Assembly (NCBI GenBank): GCA_020350785.1
Contig: CP070722.1
Span: 3,684,241-3,748,240, forward strand
Direction: 5' to 3'
DNA from: Gemmatimonadota bacterium
GTDB lineage: Bacteria > Gemmatimonadota > Gemmatimonadetes > Palauibacterales > KS3-K002
DNA length: 64,000 nt
How positions within the stretch are numbered: the stretch's first letter is position 1; every line of letters begins with the position of its first letter. Below, piece by piece: positions 18,036-27,433 of the stretch. The notes beneath the pieces are model-generated. The model had not been told where the DNA came from and made no database searches. It was given only the letters and a program-made list of their open reading frames with translations. A program made the translations under genes and the position numbers.

Positions 18036-18587
18036 TTGGTGTCACACAAGATCAGCGCGGTACTGGCGGCGGCGGCGTTGGCCGCATTGGGATACCAGGG
18101 TGTATCCCAGCCCAATACGATCAAGCTTGCCTACATTGACTCGAACGAGGTCATAGCCCAGGCGCCCGGCGCAGCCGAGGCACAGGCGACGTTCGAACGG
18201 GAGATGGCGCGCTGGCGCAGCGAGGCGCAGGCGCTTGCCGATTCGCTGCAGGCTATGATCACGTCCTACGAGCAACAGCAGGTCATGCTCTCTCCCGAGG
18301 TGCGGCAGCAGCGTCAGGGGGAGATCCAGCGCAAACGTCTCGAGTACCAGCAGCGCGCCGTCGACCTCGATCAGGTCGCGCAGCGCCGGCAACAAGAATT
18401 GGTCGCACCGATCTACGAGAAGGTGACTCGTGTATTGGTAGATTTGCGGGCCGAGCAGCAGTACACAATGATTTTCGATGCTGCCGCGGGTGCTCTGATA
18501 GCTGCGGATACGACCTTGAACATTACCGATCTCGTTATCGCCCGGCTGCAGGCTGCGGAGGCAGCGGGTGGGGAAACCGGCAACTAG
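18036..18587 (+). CDS. skp: Periplasmic chaperone Skp/OmpH family
   Basis: Signal peptide, ~180 aa, Q/E/R-rich coiled-coil, canonical position after bamA. GTG 18039 (better spaced from GGAGAGG) is the likely start. Confidence 0.8.
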   Translation: MVSHKISAVLAAAALAALGYQGVSQPNTIKLAYIDSNEVIAQAPGAAEAQATFEREMARWRSEAQALADSLQAMITSYEQQQVMLSPEVRQQRQGEIQRKRLEYQQRAVDLDQVAQRRQQELVAPIYEKVTRVLVDLRAEQQYTMIFDAAAGALIAADTTLNITDLVIARLQAAEAAGGETGN

Positions 18588-18624
18588 CGCTTGGCAGCAG
18601 CACCGCCGCCAAGCATTCCTGATC

Positions 18625-18665
18625 GCGCCCACGGGCAGGTGAGGCACCGTGGGCGCTCTTTCTGT
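18625..18665 (+). terminator. Strong hairpin + U-rich tract between skp and lpxD (partial terminator/attenuator candidate)
   Basis: GCGCCCACGG-(12 nt loop)-CCGTGGGCGC 10-bp GC stem followed by TCTTTCTGTGG. A second hairpin GCTTGGC...GCCAAGC lies just upstream. Confidence 0.45.
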
Positions 18666-18698
18666 GGTCTTGCACCTTGAATGCTCGAAGAGGACAAT

Positions 18699-19745
18699 AT
18701 GAGCAATGGCATTACGGTTGGTGAACTGGCCAGGCACCTGGGCGCCGAAATAGTCGGTGATCCGAAGGGCATGGTGAGGGGCGCGGCGCCGATCGAGTCA
18801 GCCCGGGAGGCGGAGTTGAGTTTTCTTGCTCGACGCAAGTACCTCCCATATCTTGACGGCACTCAGGCCACAGCGGTCATCGTAGGGCGCGATCTGGGGA
18901 AGGTGGAAAAGCGGCCCCAGGAAACGGCTTTGCTCTTGGTCGATGATGCACATCGCGCCCTCGCTCAGGCGTTGGCGCTTCTCTACCCGGCCGAGCAGAA
19001 GAAATCTGAGATTGCCCCGACCGCGGTTGTCGGTCCAAGAGTCGAGCTGGGCAAGGGCGTGACGATCGGTCCCTATACGGTGGTCGGCGCGGGGGCGAAG
19101 CTGGGCGACGGAGTACGGGTCGGAGCGCAGTGTGCGATCGGCGAAGGCTGCGAGCTGGGAGCCGAGACGGAACTCAAGGATCAGGTGGTTCTGTATCGGG
19201 GCTCGCGAATCGGTGCACGCTGCATCATCCACAGCGGCGCACGGATCGGTGTAGATGGCTTTGGCTACGTCCTCGAAGGAAGCGAGCACCGCAAAGTTCC
19301 GCAGGTGGGACGTTGCGTGATCGAGGACGACGTCGAGATTGGCGCCAACACCTGTATCGATCGTGGCTCCATAGGTGAGACGCGCATCGGCGCGGGAACG
19401 AAGATCGACAACCTGGTGCACATCGCCCACAACGTGCGCGTGGGTCGTGGCTGCATCATCGTGGCGCAGGTCGGAGTCGCCGGAAGCACTATCATCGGGA
19501 ACGGCGTGGCGCTTGCCGGTCAGGTCGGAATTATCGGACATCTGGAGATCGGCGACGGCGCGCGGATCGCCGCGCAGGCGGGAGTCAGTCACGACGTTCC
19601 GGCCGGCGAGACGTGGTTCGGATATCCGGCAAGGCAACGAACGCAGGTGATGCGCGCCAACGCGGCCTTCCTAAAGTTGCCGGAGCTCCTGCGGCGCGTC
19701 CAGCGAATCGAGGACACTCTCCTACCGGAGGGTGAAGCGAAGTAG
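18699..19745 (+). CDS. lpxD: UDP-3-O-(3-hydroxyacyl)glucosamine N-acyltransferase
   Basis: N-terminal MSNGITVGELARHLGAEIVGD, long left-handed beta-helix hexapeptide repeats. ATG 18681 is an in-frame alternative start. Confidence 0.88.
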   Translation: MSNGITVGELARHLGAEIVGDPKGMVRGAAPIESAREAELSFLARRKYLPYLDGTQATAVIVGRDLGKVEKRPQETALLLVDDAHRALAQALALLYPAEQKKSEIAPTAVVGPRVELGKGVTIGPYTVVGAGAKLGDGVRVGAQCAIGEGCELGAETELKDQVVLYRGSRIGARCIIHSGARIGVDGFGYVLEGSEHRKVPQVGRCVIEDDVEIGANTCIDRGSIGETRIGAGTKIDNLVHIAHNVRVGRGCIIVAQVGVAGSTIIGNGVALAGQVGIIGHLEIGDGARIAAQAGVSHDVPAGETWFGYPARQRTQVMRANAAFLKLPELLRRVQRIEDTLLPEGEAK

Positions 19746-19758
19746 AACTCAGCGGGCC

Positions 19759-21060
19759 ATGTCTTCGAGGAGGAGGACACGCTTGAAGCAGCAGACGCTG
19801 ACAAGCGCGATCGAGCTTGAAGGAAAGGGACTCCATACGGGCGAATCCGTGAGGATGGTGATACGCCCGGCGCCAGATGATTCGGGCATCGTCTTCCGGC
19901 GAGTCGATCTCGATGGGTGTCCCGAGATTTCCGCCAGTGTGGACAACGTGGTGAACATGGAGCGCGGGACGGTGCTGGAGCGCGACGGCGCGCGCGTTCG
20001 GACGACGGAGCACCTACTTTCGGCTTTGGCGGGGGTGGGGATCGATAACGCCGTCGTCGACTTGACAGGCGAGGAGCCCCCCGCGGCGGATGGCAGTGCT
20101 GCCAGTTTCGTCGAGCTTCTGCCGGATTCCGTGATCGAGCGGCAGGAGAGTGAGGCGCCCGTTTGGACATGCGAAGAGCCGTTCGTCGTCGAAGAGGGCT
20201 CGGCACGCTACGCGGTTGTGCCCGACTCGACGCTCAGGATATCGGCATCGATCGAGTTCGAACACCCTCTAATCAGTCGCCAACACGCTTCCTACGTCAT
20301 CGATCCGGGGATTTACCGAGAGGCGGTTGCCCGGGCACGGACGTTCGGGTTTCTGCATGAGGCTGAGCAGTTGCGGGCCAGCGGCCTGGCGCGCGGGGCC
20401 GACCTAGGCAACACGGTCGTTCTGACGCCCGATGGACTATACGCCGGCGTTGAGTTGCGGTTCGCGGACGAATTCGTTCGCCACAAGATATTGGATATAA
20501 TCGGCGACCTGGCGCTCACCGGAGTACGGATTCACGCTCAGATCGTGGCGGAGCGTCCCGGGCACCGTGGAAACGTCGCCCTGGCTCGCGAGATAACTGA
20601 GCGAACACGGAGGCAACGATCGGCGCGGCGGGTGGACATCGAGCAGATCTTCCAGATCTTGCCGCACCGTTACCCCTTCTTGCTGGTCGATCGGGTCATC
20701 GAGTATGAGCGTGCCAAACGGATTGTCGGAATAAAGAACGTCACGATCAACGAACCCTTCTTCATCGGGCATTTCCCGGGCTTGCCGATCATGCCTGGAG
20801 TCCTGATCATCGAAGCGATGGCGCAAGTAGGTGGCTTGCTGTTGATGGATTCGGTGGAGAATCCGGAAGAGAAGATCGTCTATTTCATGTCGTTGGACAA
20901 TGTGAAGTTCCGTCGCCCGGTTACGCCGGGCGATCAGCTAGTATTCGAGCTGGAGATGCTTCAGATGCGGCGGTCGGTTTGCCGGATGAAAGGAGTTGGG
21001 CGGGTGGACGGAACGGTTGTGGCTGAGGCGGAGATGATGGCACAGGTGGTGGACCGATGA
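19759..21060 (+). CDS. lpxC/fabZ: Bifunctional UDP-3-O-acyl-GlcNAc deacetylase / 3-hydroxyacyl-ACP dehydratase (LpxC-FabZ fusion)
   Basis: N-terminal LpxC region ([21 protein letters not shown]...[18 protein letters not shown]). C-terminal FabZ hot-dog domain ([13 protein letters not shown]...[27 protein letters not shown]). GTG 19732 is an alternative start. Confidence 0.9.
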   Translation: MSSRRRTRLKQQTLTSAIELEGKGLHTGESVRMVIRPAPDDSGIVFRRVDLDGCPEISASVDNVVNMERGTVLERDGARVRTTEHLLSALAGVGIDNAVVDLTGEEPPAADGSAASFVELLPDSVIERQESEAPVWTCEEPFVVEEGSARYAVVPDSTLRISASIEFEHPLISRQHASYVIDPGIYREAVARARTFGFLHEAEQLRASGLARGADLGNTVVLTPDGLYAGVELRFADEFVRHKILDIIGDLALTGVRIHAQIVAERPGHRGNVALAREITERTRRQRSARRVDIEQIFQILPHRYPFLLVDRVIEYERAKRIVGIKNVTINEPFFIGHFPGLPIMPGVLIIEAMAQVGGLLLMDSVENPEEKIVYFMSLDNVKFRRPVTPGDQLVFELEMLQMRRSVCRMKGVGRVDGTVVAEAEMMAQVVDR

Positions 21061-21866
21061 CGACACCGACCGTGGCGGGTAGGGGGCCCGCCCCTCCACA
21101 GATTCACCCCACAGCGATCGTCGACCCAGGTGCCGAATTGGCGGATGGTGTCCGCGTAGGACCCTACGCGATCATCGGCCACAACGTGAAGATCGGTGCC
21201 GGGACGGTGATCGGACCGCATGCCTATATCGAGAAGGACACTCGTATAGGACGGGAGTGTTTCATCTCGAAAGGTGCCGTGCTGGGCACGGACCCTCAGG
21301 ATTTGAAGTACGAAGGTGAGGAGACGCTGCTCATCGTTGGAGATGGTACCACGATTCGAGAGTTTGCCACTCTCAACCGGGGTACCCGCGCTTCCGGATC
21401 CACCGAAGTGGGGAGCGGCTGCCTGTTAATGGCGTATTCTCACATCTCGCACGACTCTCGCATCGGCGACCATGTGATAATCGCCAATGCAGTCAACATG
21501 GGTGGCCATGTCGTGATCGAGAATTGGGCGACGATCGGGGGTGTCACCGCTATTCACCAGTTCGTGCGGATCGGCGCCTACGCCTTCGTCGGCGGCGGCT
21601 CGCGGGTGCCAAAAGACGTTGCACCTTTCACGCGCGCCGCGGGTAACCCGCTCAAGCTGTACGGGCTCAACACCGTCGGACTGGAGCGGCGCGGCTTCTC
21701 CGATGAAGTTCGTATGGAACTAAAGCGAGCCTACCGACAGCTGTTCAACTCGAGCATGAACATGAGTCAGGCAATAGCAGAATTGCGTGCCCAGGGTCGG
21801 CTGATCGAGGAGGTCGAGCGGATGGTCTCGTTCATCGAAGGTAGCGAACGCGGGGTATCAATCTGA
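21057..21866 (+). CDS. lpxA: Acyl-ACP--UDP-N-acetylglucosamine O-acyltransferase
   Basis: IHPTAIVDPGAELADGVRVGPYAIIG hexapeptide repeats and C-terminal helical domain. ATGA overlap with upstream gene. Confidence 0.9.
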   Translation: MTTPTVAGRGPAPPQIHPTAIVDPGAELADGVRVGPYAIIGHNVKIGAGTVIGPHAYIEKDTRIGRECFISKGAVLGTDPQDLKYEGEETLLIVGDGTTIREFATLNRGTRASGSTEVGSGCLLMAYSHISHDSRIGDHVIIANAVNMGGHVVIENWATIGGVTAIHQFVRIGAYAFVGGGSRVPKDVAPFTRAAGNPLKLYGLNTVGLERRGFSDEVRMELKRAYRQLFNSSMNMSQAIAELRAQGRLIEEVERMVSFIEGSERGVSI

Positions 21867-21873
21867 CGGCGCC

Positions 21874-22857
21874 TTGGATCCCGTCGCGATCGCTGTACTG
21901 GGAGTAGGGAGTCTCGGCTTCCATCACGCGCGCCTGCTGCAGGACCTGCCGGAGGCGCGACTGGTCGGTGTCTATGATATCGACGGCGGCCGGGCACGCT
22001 CCGTAGCGTCAGAGCTGGGGACTCGGGGCTACGACTCAGTCGATACACTGCTCCAAGATGTGGAGGCGGTAACCATAGCCGTCCCGACTAGCCGGCATTT
22101 CGAAATGGCCGTGCTGGCCCTCCGACAGGACTGCGATGTGTTTATCGAGAAACCAATCACCTCGAGCACGGCGGAAGCAGACGAGCTTATTGAACTAGCC
22201 GCCGCGGCCGACCGAATCATCCAGGTGGGACATGTCGAACGCTTCAACGGCGCCGTAAGAGCCTGCGAACCCTTCTTGGACAAACCCCTTTTCGTCGAAT
22301 CTCACCGTCTGGCTCCCTTCGTTCCGCGCGGTACCGATGTCCCCGTAGTCTTGGACTTGATGATCCACGACATCGATCTGATACTCAGTCTTGTGGGAGC
22401 ACCCGTGACGGACGTGCGCGCCGCGGGCGTCTCTGTATTGAGTGGCAGCGTCGACATCGCCAATGCACGATTAGAGTTTGCCGGGGGCGCTGTCGCCAAC
22501 ATCACGGCCAGTCGCGTCTCACTTCAAAAACAGCGAAAGATCCGGTTCTTCCAGCCGAGCGGTTACTTGAGCCTCGACCTCGGGAGTGGCACCGGCGAGG
22601 TCCATCGCCGGAAGAGCGTCGAGCTGCCGAGGGGCGAGGCGTTCGATCTCGCAAACCTCATCGAACACATCCAGCTTCGCGGTGACGGCGCGGAACCGCT
22701 GCGCTTGGAGCTGCAGTCGTATGTCCGAGCGGTTCGACGGGAATCACCGGTGGCGGTGACGGCCGAGGAGGGGCGCGCGGCCCTGGCCGTTGCCCTGAAC
22801 ATCGTCGAGCGCATCGAGAGGCATCGCCAACATGTCCTTGATTCGGATTCGGCGTGA
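21874..22857 (+). CDS. Gfo/Idh/MocA-family NAD(P)-dependent oxidoreductase embedded in the lipid A operon (GnnA-like candidate)
   Basis: Rossmann N-terminus IAVLGVGSLGFHHARLL, EKP motif (DVFIEKPI), C-terminal alpha/beta dimerisation domain. TTG start. Confidence 0.8.
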   Translation: MDPVAIAVLGVGSLGFHHARLLQDLPEARLVGVYDIDGGRARSVASELGTRGYDSVDTLLQDVEAVTIAVPTSRHFEMAVLALRQDCDVFIEKPITSSTAEADELIELAAAADRIIQVGHVERFNGAVRACEPFLDKPLFVESHRLAPFVPRGTDVPVVLDLMIHDIDLILSLVGAPVTDVRAAGVSVLSGSVDIANARLEFAGGAVANITASRVSLQKQRKIRFFQPSGYLSLDLGSGTGEVHRRKSVELPRGEAFDLANLIEHIQLRGDGAEPLRLELQSYVRAVRRESPVAVTAEEGRAALAVALNIVERIERHRQHVLDSDSA

Positions 22858-22958
22858 GCGGAAGCAGCTAGGCTCGAGTGAGCGTGCCGGTATGCGCACG
22901 CGCACCCTGCTGATCCTTCTGGCCGTCGTTCTGATCGCGATCTGGTATCTCGGCTCGC

Positions 22959-24086
22959 GTGGCTGAGCCCCGCATCCTTCTCTCGGCCGGCGAGGCCTCG
23001 GGAGACTTGCACGGTGCGGAACTGGCGCGTGCCCTGCGGCGGCGCTATCCGACCGCTCAGCTGTTGGGCTTGGCCGGGCCGCAGATGGTCGACGCGGGCG
23101 TCCGACCGCTGGTCGACTTCGGTCGTCTGGCGGTCATGGGGGTGGCCGAACTCCTGACTCGGCTGCCATTCTTCCTCGCCTTGCGGCGCCGCATCGAGCG
23201 ACTCCTCGATGCCGAACCACCCGACCTCGTGATACCCATCGACTACCCAGGTTTCAACCTGCGGCTCTGCGCGGCAGCCCACGCACGAGGTCTCCCTGTG
23301 CTCTACTATATCGCGCCGCAGGTCTGGGCCTGGCGCCCGGAACGGGCCGAGATCCTGGCCGAGGCGACGGACCGCGTGGCCGTGGTTTTCCCCCAGGAGG
23401 AGCCTTTTCTGCGAAAATACGGCGTGCAGGCCGTTTTCGTGGGACACCCGCTGCTGGATACCCTTGACCGGCGGGAAGCGCGAGAGGAGGCAATTGCGGC
23501 CCTTGGGGCTGACCCTGGGCGCCCGATTCTAGGCCTATTGCCCGGTTCGCGGCCTCAGGAGGTCCGCAGACATCTGAAGCCGTTTCTCGCTGCGGCGGAC
23601 GAGGTGGTGCGGCGGCTGCCCGGCGTACAGGTCATCGTTTCGACCGCCCCTCAGGTACCGCCAGTCAATTACGCCGCTGCGAAGGGTCGCTCGTTGAGCT
23701 CCAGCTCCGCACGCCTGCTCAGTGCCGCCACGGCCGTGCTCAGCAAGTCGGGGACCACCACAGTGGAGGCGGCGCTCATGGAAACTCCGCTGGTCATCGC
23801 CCATCGCGTTCACCCATTGACTTTCGCGATGGCGCGGCGTCTGGTCACTGTTGACAGCGTCGGAATGGTGAACCTGTTGGCCGGGCGTCGCATCGTTCGG
23901 GAGTTCGTGCAACGGCTGCCGAGGCGCGCAATAGCCGACGGCTTGCTGCCATTGCTGGAAGCGGGATCTGCGGAGAGAGAGGAACTGATCATGAACCTCC
24001 GCCAGGTTCGACGATCATTAGGCGAACGCGGGGCGGCCGCTCGGGTCGCAGCGCTGGCAGAGGAACTGCTGGGCGCTCGACCGTGA
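22959..24086 (+). CDS. lpxB: Lipid-A-disaccharide synthase
   Basis: ILLSAGEASGDLHGAELARAL N-terminus, GT19 family, ~375 aa, GTG start. Confidence 0.88.
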   Translation: MAEPRILLSAGEASGDLHGAELARALRRRYPTAQLLGLAGPQMVDAGVRPLVDFGRLAVMGVAELLTRLPFFLALRRRIERLLDAEPPDLVIPIDYPGFNLRLCAAAHARGLPVLYYIAPQVWAWRPERAEILAEATDRVAVVFPQEEPFLRKYGVQAVFVGHPLLDTLDRREAREEAIAALGADPGRPILGLLPGSRPQEVRRHLKPFLAAADEVVRRLPGVQVIVSTAPQVPPVNYAAAKGRSLSSSSARLLSAATAVLSKSGTTTVEAALMETPLVIAHRVHPLTFAMARRLVTVDSVGMVNLLAGRRIVREFVQRLPRRAIADGLLPLLEAGSAEREELIMNLRQVRRSLGERGAAARVAALAEELLGARP

Positions 24087-24742
24087 GAATTCCAGAGCGG
24101 CTGACCCTGCCTCTCGTTGAATCTCTGGGCCCCTACCTCTTCCACGGGCTGTACTGGGGCCTGAGATTCGAGGTCGAAGGTTCGGAGCATCAGCAGAGGA
24201 CGTGGGAAGCGGGACAGCCCGTCGTATTCATCACCTGGCACGGTCGTATTCTGCCGCTGCTGTATCTGTATCGGAATCGCGGACTTGTCATGCTAGTGAG
24301 CCGGCATCGGGATGGCGAGTATCTGGCGCGCCTGGGCGTGCGACTGGGCTACGATGCCGTGCGCGGCTCGAGCACGCATGGAGGTTTCGAGTCGCTCCGG
24401 GACCTCGTGAGAAAGGTGAGAGCCGGTCGATCGCTGGCGATAACCCCCGACGGGCCACAAGGTCCGAGGGAGAAGTTCAAACCGGGCGCGCTGCAGGTCG
24501 CACGCTTGACGGGAGCACCGATTATCCCGGTCATGGCGGGCTGCCGGCGTGCTTGGTGGGTGGAGGGTTGGGATCGCTTCCTAGTTCCCAAGCCGTTCGC
24601 TCGCATTCGGGTCGCGATCGGGAAGCCGCACTATGTTACGCGAGAGGCGGGCGTGCGTGAGCTGGCCGATCACGCGCGACGTCTGGAGGTCGAGCTTCAG
24701 AATTTGAAGGCAACAGTCGATCACAGCGGTGGGACTCGATGA
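24083..24742 (+). CDS. DUF374-family protein (lysophospholipid-acyltransferase-like) of lipid A/Kdo loci
   Basis: ~219 aa. GTGA overlap with lpxB and ATGA overlap with lpxK. Family assignment by recalled similarity, not computed. Confidence 0.6.
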   Translation: MRIPERLTLPLVESLGPYLFHGLYWGLRFEVEGSEHQQRTWEAGQPVVFITWHGRILPLLYLYRNRGLVMLVSRHRDGEYLARLGVRLGYDAVRGSSTHGGFESLRDLVRKVRAGRSLAITPDGPQGPREKFKPGALQVARLTGAPIIPVMAGCRRAWWVEGWDRFLVPKPFARIRVAIGKPHYVTREAGVRELADHARRLEVELQNLKATVDHSGGTR

Positions 24743-25806
24743 GTACCTGGAGGGAACGCCTCTGGGAAAGAGAGGGTGAGCCGAGAGGAACGGTTCGGAC
24801 TCTGGCGGCTCTACTGACCCCGATGGAGTGGGCATACGGCGCAGGAAGCGCCGTGCGAAACTGGTGCTACGAACGCGGGGTCTTTAAGTCCGCGGTCCCG
24901 CCCATTCCCGCTGTGGCGATCGGAAATCTCACGGTGGGCGGAACTGGAAAGACGCCGATAGCTGCCTGGTTCGCTGCCCGCCTGGCGGCCTCGGGTCGCC
25001 GACCGGCGATCGTGATGCGCGGGTATGGGGGCGATGAAGGACAGGTGCATCGGCTCCTGAATCCTCGGGTGCCGGTCTGCATCGCCCCAAAGAGGGCGGC
25101 GGGAATCGGACGAGCAGCGACGCTGGGGGCCGATGTCGCCGTGTTGGACGATGCTTTCCAGCATCGCGCGCTGCGGGCCGACGCCTACGTGCTGCTTCTG
25201 GCGGCAGAGCAGTGGACCGAGCGGCCACGGCTGTTGCCGCGTGGTCCTTGGCGTGAGGGGCTGTGCGCCATCGAGCGAGCCGATCTGGTGGTCGTCACCC
25301 GGAAAGAGGCGCCGTCGGAGTGTGCGGAGCACGTAGCCGAGGCCGTTGCCAAGGCCTTTCCCGCCGTACCGCTGGCACGCGCCCATATCGGTCTGTCCAG
25401 TCTGGTCTGCTACGACTCTCAGCGAGGACTGGGGGAGGCAGTCGAGCCGCGCGGCCTGAGGTGTCAGCTGGCGGTGGCCGGTGTGGCGCGGCCAGCGGCC
25501 GTCTGGCACCAACTTGATGAGCAGGGGGTGCTGTGCGAGCAGCGCTTGACGCTGGGCGATCACCATCGCTATGGGCAGAGAGAGATATCGGAGATTGCGG
25601 CGACTGTCGGGCGTGGACGATTGATTGCCACACTCAAAGATGCTGTCAAGCTTGGCGGCAGGCTTCCTCCCGAAGTACTCATCTACGTTCCGCTGCAAGC
25701 GGTGGTCTGGGAGGCCGGCGGGGAAGCAGTCGAGCAACTCGTCAACACCAGGCTGGCCGAGCGGAGAGGCCGGCGCGGACCGCGAGGTGAGGCCGATCGA
25801 CACTGA
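24739..25806 (+). CDS. lpxK: Tetraacyldisaccharide 4'-kinase
   Basis: P-loop GNLTVGGTGKTP, ~355 aa. Confidence 0.88.
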   Translation: MSTWRERLWEREGEPRGTVRTLAALLTPMEWAYGAGSAVRNWCYERGVFKSAVPPIPAVAIGNLTVGGTGKTPIAAWFAARLAASGRRPAIVMRGYGGDEGQVHRLLNPRVPVCIAPKRAAGIGRAATLGADVAVLDDAFQHRALRADAYVLLLAAEQWTERPRLLPRGPWREGLCAIERADLVVVTRKEAPSECAEHVAEAVAKAFPAVPLARAHIGLSSLVCYDSQRGLGEAVEPRGLRCQLAVAGVARPAAVWHQLDEQGVLCEQRLTLGDHHRYGQREISEIAATVGRGRLIATLKDAVKLGGRLPPEVLIYVPLQAVVWEAGGEAVEQLVNTRLAERRGRRGPRGEADRH

Positions 25807-27382
25807 TATTCTGGTGGTGGGCAGTGGAATCGCGGGCCTCACTTTCGCCCTGCGTGTGGCCGAGTACGCCGATGTGGTCTTGGTCACGAAGAAAGATCGC
25901 CTGGATTCGAACACGAATTACGCGCAGGGCGGGATTGCTGCCGTCGTCTCGTCCGGTGACTCGTTTGGCAGACACGTCGAGGACACACTTCATGCTGGCG
26001 CGGGCCTTTGTCATATCGACCGGGTACGGACGCTCGTGCGCAGCGGCCCGCAGGCAGTCGCCGACCTGATCGAATGGGGAGTCCAATTCTCTCGCAGCGA
26101 GGGGCGACTTGCCCTGGGAATAGAGGGCGGGCACTCGAAAGCGCGGATCGTCCACAGCCAGGATCGAACCGGGGCTGCCATCGAGGATGCGCTGGACCGC
26201 GCGGTGGCGGCTCACCCCCGGATCCGCGTGTTGGAGAACCACATGGCGCTGTCCTTGCTCGCGGCGCGCTTGGAGGGGCGCCGACGATGTGGAGGGGCCT
26301 GGGTTCTCGACGTGAAGTCGGGTAGCGCGATCCAGTTGATCTCGCGGGCGACCATGTTGGCGGCCGGCGGCAGCTCCGCCGTGTATCAGCATACGACCAA
26401 TCCGGCGATCGCCACGGGAGACGGAGTCGCCATCGCTCATCGGATCGGGGCGACCGTGGCTAACATGGAATTCACTCAATTTCACCCCACCGCCCTCTAT
26501 CCGGCAGAGGAGCGTGCTTTCCTGATTTCGGAGGCGCTGCGTGGCGAAGGCGCGATCCTCCGCAATTGGGACGGCGATGCCTTCATGCACGCCTACGACG
26601 TACGCGGCGACCTCGCCCCGAGAGATATCGTCGCGCGAGCGGTGCACAGCGAACTGAGGAACAGCGCCAAACCGCACCTTTGGCTGGACGCGCGGCACAT
26701 CGCTCGGGAAAGGATGGAGGAGAGATTCCCGGGCATCTTGGAGGGGTGCCTGAGTAAGGACATAGATCCGCGTCGGGACCCTATTCCGATCGTTCCCGCC
26801 GCTCACTACATGTGCGGTGGCGTGTGGACAGACCGGGATGGACGGACGACTTTGCCGGGCCTGTTTGCGGCGGGGGAAACCGCCTGTACGGGAGTGCATG
26901 GGGCCAACCGGCTCGCCTCGAACTCACTGCTTGAGGCGGTCGTCTTCGCGGAGCGCGCCGCCGCTCGCATGCTTCAGGAGTTGGCGTTCGTGCCGGCGCC
27001 GGGCGATCTCGAGGTGTTGACCCCACAGGATCTCTCCGGATTCCCGGCGGCGCCGCTGTCCGATCTGCGGAATCGATTGAAGCAGGTGATGTGGGACCAT
27101 TTGGGCATCGTGCGAACCAGGTCCGAGATGCACGCGGGCGCCGAACTCCTTGAGGGATTGCGGCGCGAGTGGTGGCAGCTGTCGCAACGCAGTGAGCCCT
27201 CCGGAAATGGGATCCACTGGGCCGAGGCTGCGGAGACGCTGAATATGATCGATGTAGCGCGACTGGCCGTGCGCTGCGCGCGCTGGCGCCGCGAGAGCCG
27301 AGGTCTCCATTTCGTCACGGATTTCCCACATCGGGACAACGAGTCTTTTCTGCATGACAGCACGATCGTCGCGACGGGCTGA
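25787..27382 (+). CDS. nadB: L-aspartate oxidase (FAD-dependent, NAD biosynthesis)
   Basis: FAD-binding DILVVGSGIAGL, succinate dehydrogenase/fumarate reductase flavoprotein fold. GTG 25787 overlaps lpxK 3' end. The track ORF begins further upstream in the same frame. Confidence 0.85.
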   Translation: MRPIDTDILVVGSGIAGLTFALRVAEYADVVLVTKKDRLDSNTNYAQGGIAAVVSSGDSFGRHVEDTLHAGAGLCHIDRVRTLVRSGPQAVADLIEWGVQFSRSEGRLALGIEGGHSKARIVHSQDRTGAAIEDALDRAVAAHPRIRVLENHMALSLLAARLEGRRRCGGAWVLDVKSGSAIQLISRATMLAAGGSSAVYQHTTNPAIATGDGVAIAHRIGATVANMEFTQFHPTALYPAEERAFLISEALRGEGAILRNWDGDAFMHAYDVRGDLAPRDIVARAVHSELRNSAKPHLWLDARHIARERMEERFPGILEGCLSKDIDPRRDPIPIVPAAHYMCGGVWTDRDGRTTLPGLFAAGETACTGVHGANRLASNSLLEAVVFAERAAARMLQELAFVPAPGDLEVLTPQDLSGFPAAPLSDLRNRLKQVMWDHLGIVRTRSEMHAGAELLEGLRREWWQLSQRSEPSGNGIHWAEAAETLNMIDVARLAVRCARWRRESRGLHFVTDFPHRDNESFLHDSTIVATG

Positions 27383-27433
27383 CCGCCTGCTGAAGTCGGG
27401 CGACAGGCTTTGCGTCGAAACAAGGGGCACGAG

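Noticed and set aside
24236-24254. TGGCAC motifs (also at 25501, 27829, 38997) examined as sigma-54 -24 elements, because rpoN is present.
   Set aside because: None has the TTGC(A/T) -12 element at the required 5-nt spacing. All lie inside coding sequence.
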